Part shown: in pieces, positions 53,337-64,000 of the stretch
Layout: every line of letters starts with the position of its first letter
Position numbering within the stretch: position 1 is the stretch's first letter
Source: Octopus sinensis
Lineage: Eukaryota
Direction of reading: 5' to 3'
DNA: 64,000 bases
NCBI RefSeq assembly: GCF_006345805.1
Contig: NC_043015.1
Coordinates: forward strand, 39,184,001-39,248,000
Program-made: the position numbers and the translations under genes
Notes under the pieces: generated by a model
What the model saw: only the letters and a program-made list of their open reading frames with translations
What the model was told of the DNA's origin: nothing
Databases searched by the model: none

Positions 53337-53450
53337 TAGGAGTGGGTGTGTGGTAAGTAGCTTGCTTACCAACCACATGGTTCCAGGTTCAGTCCCACTG
53401 CGTAGCACCTTGGGCAAGTGTCTTCTACTATAGCCTCAGGCCGACCAAAG
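53337..53450 (+). mobile_element. SINE family B, 5' fragment
   Basis: aggagtgggtgtgtggtaagtagcttgcttacc...gccgaccaaag. Confidence 0.8.
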
Positions 53451-53567
53451 TTTTATAATTAAAGAAAGAAAGCAGCATTTAAAAAAAAAAAATTCGAAAA
53501 ACTCAAAAATTGAAAAGTTCCAATGGTAGAATTTTTAAAAATTAAAACTGAATTGTTTTTGCATATA

Positions 53568-54078
53568 CCGTAAATCCTCGAGTATAGTCCGCCCCTGAGT
53601 ATAATACGCAGGGGATTTTTAGCGGGCTGTATCTCTGAAAAACCCAAACCTTGTGTATAATACGCACCCCTTCTCTAACTTGAGTCAAGGAGGTCTATAT
53701 AACATCCTTTGTTTGTAAAATGTATACGGTAACGTCCTTTATTATTATTGTATATATAACATAATGCAAACGTGTAGCTTTTTTGTGCATTTTGTTTGCA
53801 GAAAATAAAGAAATAACAGTAATAATGTTTAATAAATGTTGCTTACTGCAAGTTATGGATGATTCTTTTATGGCTTCATTGCTTTCAGGCTTAGCTTAAG
53901 ATATTTTCGCGTCCGACATCACAAAATGCGTCTGAATAAACATTGCCGGACAGCAAATAGAGACTCGGACATTGCTTAGAAAATATTTTTCATTTTTAAC
54001 CTCGTATATAGTACGCACTAGGGATTTTGACCTTTAAATTTGGGAGGGAAAATGCGGGTTCTACTCGAGGATTTACGG
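53568..54078. mobile_element. Complete pogo/Tc1-type MITE (511 bp) with TA TSD
   Basis: TIRs ccgtaaatcctcgagta / tactcgaggatttacgg. TA at 53566-53567 and 54079-54080. Internal repeats of the tataatacgca motif. Confidence 0.9.
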
Positions 54079-55393
54079 TACGTATATATATATATATATA
54101 TATTTTATCGTAAATCTTCAAGTTCCTAAAACCTAAAACCGGACAAACGAAGTTATGAAGTGGATAAGGGGCTCAATAAGCAGTTAAGCCCTTCAGAAAT
54201 TGAAACTGGGTTGTTATACGAAAAGCAAGCGAAGAGATGAGTGTATAGTATTAATGAGTGATGAGGGTGGGGCAGCCTAAAACGGCAGATCCACCAATTT
54301 TATTTTTGCAAATTTCAATGTGTTTATTTTATTGACAAGAATCTCTTTCGACAGAAAACCATTTGCTGTCAAATTCTGGGTTTTTACGGCAGACATTAAT
54401 GGATGGGAGGTAACTCTTATTTACTTATCTCTCCCGCCCTGATTTAGAACCAGAAATATTCCAACTGTGGCCATCCTGTCTTTATATGAATAGGACCATA
54501 TTTTTTTAAAACACATTTGGATAGGAATTTAAAGACATTTGGCTGCTATTTCTTTTTGATATTTCTCAGTTTCGTCGGCTTCTTTATATCCTATTTCTAC
54601 CTGCTATTAAAGATAGTTGCAGAAAAGCACAGAAAATACAAAGACCCAGTATTCGGTAATGGTATTATGTAATTGTAGGGGAAAGAGAGGAGGAGGAGAA
54701 GAGGAGGAGAAGGAAGAGAAGTTTCCAATCTTTATGAAGCATTAATTAACTGCTTTGTTTATCCCTCAGGGTCTTCTGTTTAAAAGGCCAAAGGTGAAAG
54801 GCTAAAGGTCACTGGTAATAATTCAGACAGCCTTGAGTCAAGCCAGTCACGGAAGCAGTTTTTGCGTGGTTGCTAGATCTGCTAGAAATAGCAACCAAAC
54901 CTTCCTCAAATGGTGCCCAACTACTTCAGAAAAGGACACGTTGGATGATGAGACACTTGCTTTCCTCTACAGGGAGAATATATATAATGGGATGGTCAGC
55001 GGCTGGAATTTTCTTGGTTATTGGTTTAATGGTTCAAGGCTGAGCTGGAGCTAAACAGCAACAACAACAGCAACAAGTTTGAATCCATAAATATCAATAA
55101 CTCTTAACTGTATCGATAAAGAACCAATCCAGATTACAGGGCGTTAATCTGTTAATCCCGGCTCAATATTTTCGTTTCACGTGGAAGTCCATGTGGTGTT
55201 TCTATTAAACACACGTTGTTGTTTAGCTCAAGGTTGGTTCAGGGCCTGCACCCTACTATCAAAGGCGTCTCAGCCGTGACCACCCCGATCGTCTTGTTTA
55301 TTTACTCAGCTCTAAAAAGGCCTTGAGATGTGAAGATAGCTTTCTGGGAATGGCAAGTGGATTCTAATAATAACGGTTATAGTTGCAGCAGTG

Positions 55394-55417
55394 ATAATAA
55401 TAATAATAATAATAATA

Positions 55418-55480
<63 letters not shown>

Positions 55481-55521
55481 TAACAATAATAATAATGATA
55501 ATAATAATAGTAATGATAATG

Positions 55522-55555
<34 letters not shown>

Positions 55556-55730
55556 TAATAATAATAATAATGATAATAATAATAGTAATGATAATGATAA
55601 TAATAATAATAATAATAATGATAATAATAATAATAATAATAATAATGATAATAATAATAATGATAACAATAACAATAATAATAATAATGATATTAATAAT
55701 AGTAATGATAATGATAATAATAATAATATG
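55394..55730. repeat. Long (TAA)n array
   Basis: Directly visible, about 335 bp. Confidence 0.95.
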
Positions 55731-55744
55731 GCAGAGCAAGTAAA

Positions 55745-56000
55745 AAAAAAAAAAATAGAAATTGTAATTGACATGAGGACCGAGCAGACCCCAAAAAAAC
55801 TTGTATTGGGGACAGCTAGGATTTTGAGATTGATGCTTGGGTGTTGAGTGTTCCCCATGATAGGTTAACATCCAGATCCCAAAGCTTATAATTTGCAGAA
55901 AGAGACCCTGTGAGACCCCCTGATTACAGGTTGCTGTCCACTCTCACAGAATTAACCAGAGAAAATATGCCCGACAGCTCTGAGAAGTGAAATAATGATA
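55745..56000 (+). mobile_element. 5'-truncated R4/Dong-like element (ORF end plus 3' UTR) within TAA repeats
   Basis: Frameshifted IDMRTEQ-QKT-LGTARILRLMLGC* resembles the R4/Dong C-terminus. Ends in ataatgataataa and is preceded by (TAA)n. Confidence 0.65.
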
Positions 56001-56675
56001 ATAAAAATCTTCTTAAATCGAAATTTAAAAAGCAAACAATGTCTGGGAGACCAAGAGGCAAAAGCTAAAGACATTTACTTTTCAAAAGCAAAATATAATA
56101 TTTTTTTTACAAAGAATTCCAAAAGAAGAAGAAAATATTTAACATTTTTGTTTTAATACAAGATTCCATATTATGATTCTTGTGTTCTTATATTGGTCGG
56201 AACTTATTTTAGAGCACTCATAGAAGCTTGTTCAAGATTCCCTTGTTACCAAAACAGACAGAACAAACAATTTATGTTGAAAAGAACAAACACAACAATA
56301 TGATATGATGATCAGATCAATATATTATACAAATATATATTTACAGTGAAATAATTTCAGATAGAAAGAAAATTATGATTTATCATATTTAAGTTACATA
56401 TTATTTTTTTAAAAAATAAACTCCCCCTACATACCACATCTATATCAGAGTGAAGAAAGGAAGTTTATAAAGATTTTGGTCTCCATTAGATGACTTTTAT
56501 AAGGTGTCTAGGGAGGATGGAGACCTTTTGTGTCCAAGAAGGCACCGCATATAAAATAGTGAGGAGAGAAAGTCGGTAATAGATACAAGGGATGTTCAAT
56601 AGCCCCAGTTGGAAATCGAAAGTGAACCAAGGGCTCCATTAGAAGCTAACCCTTGAAACACTCGACAACACAAAA

Positions 56676-57506
56676 TTATTTTAATTTAAATAATTTTTGG
56701 GCTCGCATTTTCTTGACAGAGGATTTGATGTCAGTCAATAAATCGTGAAATATTACTTCGTCTTCGCGTTGTTTCAGAGAATTACCTAAAGAATGGTCGA
56801 AATGAGAACTAAGTTCGAATTCAGCTGAATTATCCGATTCGTGGGAACCGAGATCGATTCCGGAAAGGGAATTCTCTGAATTCGCTTCCAAGGTTTCTGA
56901 ATTGTCCGAAATATGAGCGAATAATGCCTCAAAATATACAATGGCTATCATCTTCTGTAAGGTGAACTGTATGTCTCTTTCGACGTCGGAATGGGTCGAA
57001 CGTAAATAATTGTAAACTTTCTGAGTGTCTTTCACGGCATCGAAACTGCTCAACCCTTTCTTTCGTTTTCTCCATTCATCTTCATGAACGATTCTTAAAC
57101 TTAGCTTCAAGATGTGAATACATTCCGAAGTGAAACCTAAAATATCTAAGACGTCTGCCATCAGTTTCTGGGTTTTGGCATCGTTTCGCAAAGTAAAGAG
57201 AGAATATTCTTGGTTCATAGTCTCATCCTTTTCTTTCATCTGGTTGCTGATGGCTGTGAAAAATATTAGCAGATAATCCATTAATTGTAGCGATTCCTCA
57301 TTACCACCTTTCAAGATGATTAAAAGACTTGTTAATTGATTTAATTCCCGTATTTTGTCAATGTATAAGTCCATATATTCTCCAATATCCAAAACACGTT
57401 CTTCAATTTTTTCAAATTTCCGTTTGAGTTTACTGATTATATATTCCAGTTGGTCGAGTCTTTGAGGTACTTTGGAATGACCGAAGTAGCAGCAAGTATT
57501 GGCCAT
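56676..57506 (-). CDS. Uncharacterised 276-aa predicted helical protein; likely terminal or sole coding exon
   Basis: 831-bp stop-free frame of normal complexity in AT-rich DNA. Upstream: branch-like CACTGAC (57556-57550), 42 nt with no AG, then acceptor AG at 57509-57508 immediately before A-ATG. No family recognised. Confidence 0.7.
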   Translation of the reverse strand: MANTCCYFGHSKVPQRLDQLEYIISKLKRKFEKIEERVLDIGEYMDLYIDKIRELNQLTSLLIILKGGNEESLQLMDYLLIFFTAISNQMKEKDETMNQEYSLFTLRNDAKTQKLMADVLDILGFTSECIHILKLSLRIVHEDEWRKRKKGLSSFDAVKDTQKVYNYLRSTHSDVERDIQFTLQKMIAIVYFEALFAHISDNSETLEANSENSLSGIDLGSHESDNSAEFELSSHFDHSLGNSLKQREDEVIFHDLLTDIKSSVKKMRAQKLFKLK

Positions 57507-58797
57507 TCTTTGAAAAATGTATCCATTGCAAGCATCATCAAAGAAATAAGTCAGTGAAATATATTTCGGTTGGTTTTAACAGGACTTAAAACAAACAAAC
57601 AGACATCTTTTTAGGAAATGGTTTCATGGCGAAAATGTTTGTCTTAAATATTTCAGATATTTTTTTACTTTATGTGTTCAGAATCTGGATTTAAATATTC
57701 CACGTCGGTAAAATATACTTTATCTTCCACAAATACTGTAAAAAAATTTGGAATAAATATCTTTTGTTTCATAAACGAAATGTTTAGCAATTTTTTCTAA
57801 AGTAAAGAAACTTTGTTTGAAAAGTCTCTCAACCAACAACTGGTGTCATTTATGACTGAATTTGTTACGTAAAACAAATCTATATAAATGTTTGAAATAT
57901 TCCAAAAAGCGAGAGATTACAGGTGTAATGTCCAGTCATGAGATATTCTGGATTTGCCGAGTTAGCTTAAAATGCGAGTTATTTTTGACAGATAATGTTT
58001 TCCCCATTTTCTGTTTATGCTGTGTGTCAGCCTTACTCACAAAACTCAAATAATCCCGTCATGCATTAACCTTCGTTAAGCGGATTAAGGAATAAATAAA
58101 TAGATAAATAAGAACGTGCTTTATTAAATATTTATGTTTGTGAATTGTGAATTGTGAAATTTAATTCATGATTTCTGCTCCACAGGCCACAACTACTATT
58201 CTGGTCTCGGTCTCCGGGGATTTCAGTTCAATATCAACCTGTCCCCTTTTATCCTTTAGCTACTCAGACTTCAGTTAGCAAAGACATACAACAACCAGTT
58301 TTTGATTCCCGGACCTGAATGACCATCGCAACATCACCCTTCTATAAAGTTAAATAAGTTCTGCACCCGTTAGCGGGGGAACTATATCGGGTAACGATGT
58401 GATGCTACGATGTGAAATGGTAATTCTTATCTCCCTGGCCAGAACGTTCACCTCCGTCCAAGGACAGCATTACATCATCTACCTGCGTGTCATCTCTCCC
58501 TCCAAGGACATCATTACATCATCTTCTCATTAAACCAGGGAGATTTAAAAGAAAGTCTAGTGTCTTAGATACACAATAAAACACCTACAAATGGTGATGG
58601 CGGCGGGTACAAAAGTAGTTTCATTTCTACATCAACCCAAAGAGCGACCTGTTCATAGTTTTGTTATGGCGGTTATAAGTTGAGACGAAGAAGGACCAAG
58701 TTTCGTTTTGGAGTTGCTGCTGCTGCTGTTGGTGATGATGGTGATGACGATGACGATGAATGTTTTAACAATAATGATGGCAGTATTCCTTCTTTCA

Positions 58798-59200
58798 ATG
58801 CGGCGAGCTGGCAGAAACATTAGCACGCCGGGCGAAATGCGTAGCCGTATTTCGTCAGCCGTTACGTTCTGGGTTCAAATTCCGCCAAGGTCGACTTTGC
58901 CTTTCATCCTTTCGGGGTCGATAAATTAAGTACCAGTTATGCACTGGGGTCGATATAATCGACTTAATCCCTTTGTCTGTCCTTGTTTGTCCCCTCTGTG
59001 TTTAGCCCCTTGTGGGTAGTAAAGAAATAGGTATTTCGTCTGCTGCTACGTTCTGAGTTCAAATTCCGCCAAGGTCGATTTTGCCTTTCATCCTTTCGGG
59101 GTCGATTAAATAAGTACCAGTTACTCACTAGGGTCGATATAAACGACTTAATCCGTTTGTCTCCTCTGTGTTTAGCCCCTTGTGGGTAGTAAAGAAATAG
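58798..59200 (+). mobile_element. SINE family A dimer with 15-bp TSD
   Basis: Unit start gtatt at 58847, 59031 and 59201. TSD gtattccttctttca at 58783-58797 and 59201-59215. Confidence 0.9.
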
Positions 59201-59844
59201 GTATTCCTTCTTTCACGGTAATAATAAAACCCTTCCATATAAAATCAACTCCTTCATTCAGTCTATGGTGGGGGTCATTCAGATACTACCACACACTACA
59301 CCTGGATAAAAAGATAAGTAATACCATATATATTTAAAAGTAGATCAAATTTGGGATTAAAACCTCTTTATACCTTTCTTATCATGATGGGAACAACAGC
59401 ATTATACCAAGTAATAATAATAATAATCCTTTCTATTATAGGCACAATTTTGGGAGAGGGAGCCAGTCAATTAAGTTTGACCCCAATGTTGAACTTGTAC
59501 TTATTTCATTGACCTCAAAAAAATGAAAGGTAAAAACCACCATAATAATTGTTTAAAAAAAAAATGAACACAAAGCCTGAAATCTGACCTCAATACATAA
59601 CTGGTACTTTCTTTTTATTGACACCTCCAAAATATAGAATAAGAAGGCTTAGGTATGATTTGAACTCAGAGAGCTGGAGGTAAACAGAACCAGCCACAGT
59701 GTCTGGTGTTCTTGTGATTCTTCCGGTTCATCACCGATATTAGATCTAATCCTAATAATTAGGAAATTTTTGTCTCTCAGGCATTAGCTGTGTCAACGTT
59801 CGTTCTGAGAAATAGGAGATTAACACAAAATATTACTATCGCCA

Positions 59845-60146
59845 GTGGAAGCACATGGCCTAGTGGTTAGAGCAGTGGACTCGCGGTTGAGGGATCGCAG
59901 GTTCTAATCACAGACCGGGCGATGTGTGTGTTTATGAGCGAAACAGCTAAGCTCCACACGACTCCGGCAGAAGGTAATGGCGAACTTCTGCTGACTCTTT
60001 CGCCAAAACTTTCTCTCACTCTTTCCTCCTGCATCTTGCAGCTCACTTGCAACAGACCGGCATCCCATCCAGGTGGGGAACCTATACGCCATGGAAACCG
60101 GGAAACTGGCCCTTATGAACCAGGCATGGCTTGAGAAGGAACAATC
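59845..60146 (+). mobile_element. Full-length tRNA-derived SINE, family D, 13-bp TSD
   Basis: A-box TGGCCTAGTGG (59856-59866), B-box-like GGTTCTAATC (59900-59909). TSD attactatcRcca at 59832-59844 and 60147-60159. Confidence 0.85.
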
Positions 60147-60452
60147 ATTACTATCACCACACACACACACAATCCCTAGCATTTATAATAAATAACATTG
60201 TGAGATTCTGTGGTGTTCATGCTTATCTGTAGAGATATTAGTGTTTCAGTTGGAAGACAATTTTAATGTACAACAATAATTACACCTGTTGCTGTTTAGC
60301 CTCAGGTAAGAATTAACCTAACAGACCTCTATTCTACAGAAGGATCAAGGAAATAGTTGATAAAGCTTTCTCCTCATTCAAGACAGTAGAAAGTGATATG
60401 TAAGAGAGTTAGCTACTATTTCTAGCAGCTAGAAGCCTTCCCCTGGTTATTG

Positions 60453-60484
<32 letters not shown>

Positions 60485-60840
60485 GATGGTGGTGTTCGTG
60501 TTGGTGGTAGTGGTTGTAGGATGCGGGGGTTACCAGCTGTAAGCTTCAGGCTAATCCATATATTTAACAAACTGGTATTTTAGCCAGGGAAGTCCTAATA
60601 TTTATTGCTACATTAATCTCTAAGAAGATTATCTATGAATTATCTCAGCATAATTATAAATGCCTATCAAACAGATTAGACCAGAATATTGGTAAAAAAA
60701 CATGCAAAGATACGCACACAGTACGCATTTATGTATATATTTAGACACACACATACACATATGTATACATATATACATACACATAGATACATATAAACAT
60801 ATACATACATATATATATGTATGTATGCATCACTCTCTCT

Positions 60841-60883
<43 letters not shown>

Positions 60884-61184
60884 TCATATAATCCAGCATG
60901 AAAAATTGTCAAAATACAGATAACATACAAATAACACGCACCAACACACATGCACTCACTCACACACACAGAGTAACACTAACGCATACAACCTTTGTGT
61001 TTATTTCAGTAAGAAACCCAGTTGACACTTCTCTCTAACAAACAAAACTCCATTGCTGAAACTTAGACAACAAAAACATCAAAGAAATAGAAAAAATTGG
61101 TTTGAAATTTTGGAACAAAACCAGCAACTTTGGTGAGAGGCTAAGTCGATTCCCTTAACCCCAGGGCACAACTTGTATTATACT

Positions 61185-61318
61185 GGTTCCATGGCATGGA
61201 GTGGACGTTTTGACCAAAGCTGACAAACAGGAGGGCCACACCAGATTTCGGTTTGTTTTCTACAGCTGGATGCCCTTCCTAATGCCAACCCCTCCACAGA
61301 GTGTCCAGGGTTATTTTC
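61185..61318 (-). mobile_element. SINE fragment with RTE-type tail (family E)
   Basis: Reverse complement of gttggcattaggaagggcatccagctgtagaaa...catgcc. Confidence 0.65.
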
Positions 61319-61540
61319 CCTCTCTCTGTAGTTCTTGTTCTCCTTCCAATGTCTTTCTTTCTTTGACCATTCATTCGGACACCTTCTTGTGGTTCTATTC
61401 GTCTACATTTTCGGTTTTTCTGTAAATCTCAAAATATCCAAATTTACGTTCCTCTTTCTATTATTTCCTGCCCTGCAGAATCTTGTCTTTTTCCATCCTT
61501 TTTTGATTTTCAGCAAAACACTAAATATTCCTTTCACTCT

Positions 61541-61723
61541 TGTATTTGGTTTTCAAGATTCTTTATGTGAATTTATGTGTTGAAGCATATTTTATTGTAT
61601 CTGGGAAGAGCCATTCTCTTTTAGTGCCTTATTATTTAACACACTCACCAGTTCATTCAAACTGGTGAGTGTGTTAAATAATAAGGCACTAAAAGACAAT
61701 GACTCTCCCCAGACACAATAAAA
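61541..61723. mobile_element. Family F fold-back copy, 64-bp arms, 6-nt loop
   Basis: Arms 61590-61653 and 61660-61723, 4 mismatches. Confidence 0.75.
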
Positions 61724-61744
61724 CGAAATATTAGCAATATCAAA

Positions 61745-62087
61745 ATCAAATCAAATGGAAATTGTAGTTGCGAGCCCCATGCCAGTAGCACATAAAAAGC
61801 ACCGTCTGAACGTGGCCGATGCCAGTGCTGCCTTGACTGGCTTCCATGCCGGTGGCACATAAAAGCACCATTTTGTTGATGTAAGCTCCTCTGGCCCCTT
61901 GTGCCGGTGGCACGTAAAAAGCACCCACTACACTCTCAGAGTGGTTGGCGTTAGGAAGGGCAACCAGCTGTGAAAAACACTGCCAGGGGCCTGGTGCAGC
62001 CTCCTGGCTTCCCAGACCCCAATCGAACCGTCCAGCCCATGCCAGCATGGAAAACGGACGTTAAACGATGATGATGATGATGATGAT
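61745..62087 (+). mobile_element. SINE family E with repeated gccggtggcacRtaaaaagcacc units and RTE-type tail
   Basis: Unit repeated 3 times. Tail ccatgccagcatggaaaacggacgttaaac(gat)n. Confidence 0.75.
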
Positions 62088-62340
62088 CCCAGTTTTCTTT
62101 TCTGTCTTTCTATTTGCAGTCAGTTTTTTTTTCTCTCTGCAAATGTTCAAATTTTGTGTCTCCGTGTCCCAGCGGCTTCTAGGGTGGTGACACCATCAGA
62201 CTGAGAGATTCTCTTGGAAGCCGTCAAACTGCTTTTTCTGGGAGATGTTACCTCCAAAGTCAGCCAGAGCAGCATTCTTGTGAAAGTCTACTTGAGCAAA
62301 GCAAATGTTTTGGAAAGAATTAACTACAGAGAGATTTTGT

Positions 62341-62491
62341 TTTTGGATTTGGTTTGCAAGAGTCAAGACTCTTGAAAAGGTTGCAAGAAGCAACGAAAAT
62401 AAAAATAAGAAAAACGCGGAAATTTCACCGGTGAGTGTGTTAAATTATAAGGCACAAAAAGAAAATGACTCTCCCCAGACACAACAGAATA
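62341..62491. mobile_element. Family F copy with internal inversion
   Basis: Forward 62341-62360, inverted 62361-62491 starting agtcaagact. Confidence 0.75.
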
Positions 62492-62892
62492 AGACATTAT
62501 TAAACTGATGGACCAAGTTATGAAAGTGTGTATTTGGGGAGCGTTGGGGGATGTTTCAGCAAAGTTAATCACAGACAAACCTAGTTTAGGTGAAATGCTG
62601 CGAGGTTTTTGCGTCGACGCAAAGAACTGACGAGGCTTTCTTCTAAGGGAGACAACCCAGCTTTTTTCTCTTTTTTTACTAACAAATCCTTTAAACTATT
62701 TGGAGAATTTTTCGTTTCAAGGAATCATAAGATGGACTTAGGAACAAAAGATATCAGGAGGCATGGAAGAGAATTTAGTTCTATAATATATAATCCTTAT
62801 TGTAATCTACTAACGTAAAAATATTGAGTCACATCAATATAGACAAGATATATATATAAAAGTAGGGAGATGAGTCCAGGTCGATATTTCGT

Positions 62893-63085
62893 TTTTGGAT
62901 TTGGTCTGCAAGATTCTTTATGTGAGTTCGTGTGTTGAAGCATATTCTGTTGAGTCAAGACTATTGAAATGGTTGCAAGATGCAACGAAAATTTTAGGAA
63001 AATAAAAACAAGGAATAAGTGGAAATTTTACTGGTGAGTGTGTTATATTATAAGGCACAAGAAGAAAATGGCTCTCCCCAGACAC
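62893..63085. mobile_element. Family F copy with internal inversion
   Basis: Forward 62893-62952, inverted 62953-63085 starting agtcaagact. HHR fold at 62961-62997. Confidence 0.75.
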
Positions 63086-63824
63086 ATCCAGGTCGAAATA
63101 TAAGTATATATATATATGTATACACACACACCAATTTTTTTTACTAGCTTCAGTCATTTGACAGTGGCCGAGCTGGAGCACTACTTTCATGGTTTTTATT
63201 CAGAGCAACCCAGTATAGACTTTATCAAATAAATTTCTTGGTTAGTTAAGCTTTTAATTTAATGCAGGTCTCATTTTAACTTGCACACACACACACACTA
63301 TCATCATTATCGATCTTTTTTCCTGCTATGCCAGCATAGATGGACAGTCTGTCAGGAACCAGCAGGTCAAATGAAGCCAACCACAAAAGTGGTTGGCTTC
63401 AGGAACGGTTTCCTGTACCCTGGGTGTTTTTTTTCTGCCAAAGTATCTGCATTACTAAGTTTGGTTTATAACTCTTTTAAGAGTCTCACGTCTGTGAAGA
63501 GAAATGGAAGAAAATGTCCTGACCACACACACACACACACATTCATGCTCAGTTTCTTTTTACCAAAAAAGACATTGGTTAATCATTCTCATCACATTAC
63601 ATCCACTTTCCACACTGGAATGGGTTTGATAGGTTATCACACTCCAACTAACCCTCACCCCAAAGGCCAGGTACACACAGAACTGATCAGCTTAACTCTA
63701 AAATAAAAGTTACTTGGCCCAACAAACAGTGGAGGGAGATCAAACCTGGAACCATGTGATTACACACTAAACATTCTCACCACACACCTACACTGACTAA
63801 ATTTTCTGATTTTCCAAGTATGTT

Positions 63825-64000
63825 TGGCACTCGAGCCCCGTGCTAGTAGGGTATTAAGAGCACCATCCGAGTGTGATTGTTGCCAAAGCAGCTAACTGGC
63901 TTCCCTGCCAGTGGCACGTAAAAGACACCATTCGAGCGTGATCGTTACCAGCATCGCCTTACTGGCACCCGTGCCAGTGGCATGTGTAAAAGATTTGAGC
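63825..64000 (+). mobile_element. SINE family E, runs off the window end
   Basis: gccagtggcacgtaaaagacacc units as in 61745-62087. Confidence 0.65.

Noticed and set aside
58455-58525. 24-bp direct repeat tccaaggacakcattacatcatct as upstream exons of the orphan ORF
   Set aside because: The two copies are out of frame with each other and contain stops. It looks like a local duplication.
59845-59920. tRNA gene
   Set aside because: A/B boxes are present but I could not fold a full cloverleaf. It continues into a repeated body and has a TSD, so it is a SINE head.
62608-62645. 16-bp palindrome TTTGCGTCGACGCAAA and adjacent CTGACGA
   Set aside because: A few palindromes of this arm length are expected by chance in 64 kb, and the CTGACGA has no stem II or GAAA.

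Overview
AT-rich, microsatellite-saturated eukaryotic DNA with one 100-N gap (43968-44067). The repeat families resemble those I associate with Octopus (coleoid cephalopod); that assignment is recognition from memory, not a database result. Nearly all ORFs in the track are translations of (TA)n/(TG)n/(TAA)n tracts. The only convincing host coding sequence is an unidentified 276-aa ORF on the minus strand (56676-57506), probably a terminal or sole coding exon. The rest is TE debris: several tRNA-derived SINE families (some with TSDs), two mariner remnants, a pogo/Tc1-type MITE, non-autonomous Helitrons, R4/Dong-like and CR1/L2-like LINE fragments, and a Gypsy integrase fragment. The most interesting layer is a set of hammerhead-ribozyme (HHR) folds in about six sequence-distinct short repeat families. 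One is a full type I HHR inside a 341-bp-period direct repeat (retrozyme-like, about 3350-3790). The others are minimal Penelope-type HHRs, two families of which carry a U3-A8 swap of the C3-G8 core pair and occur as inverted or fold-back copies. All folds were assigned by eye and cleavage activity is untested.
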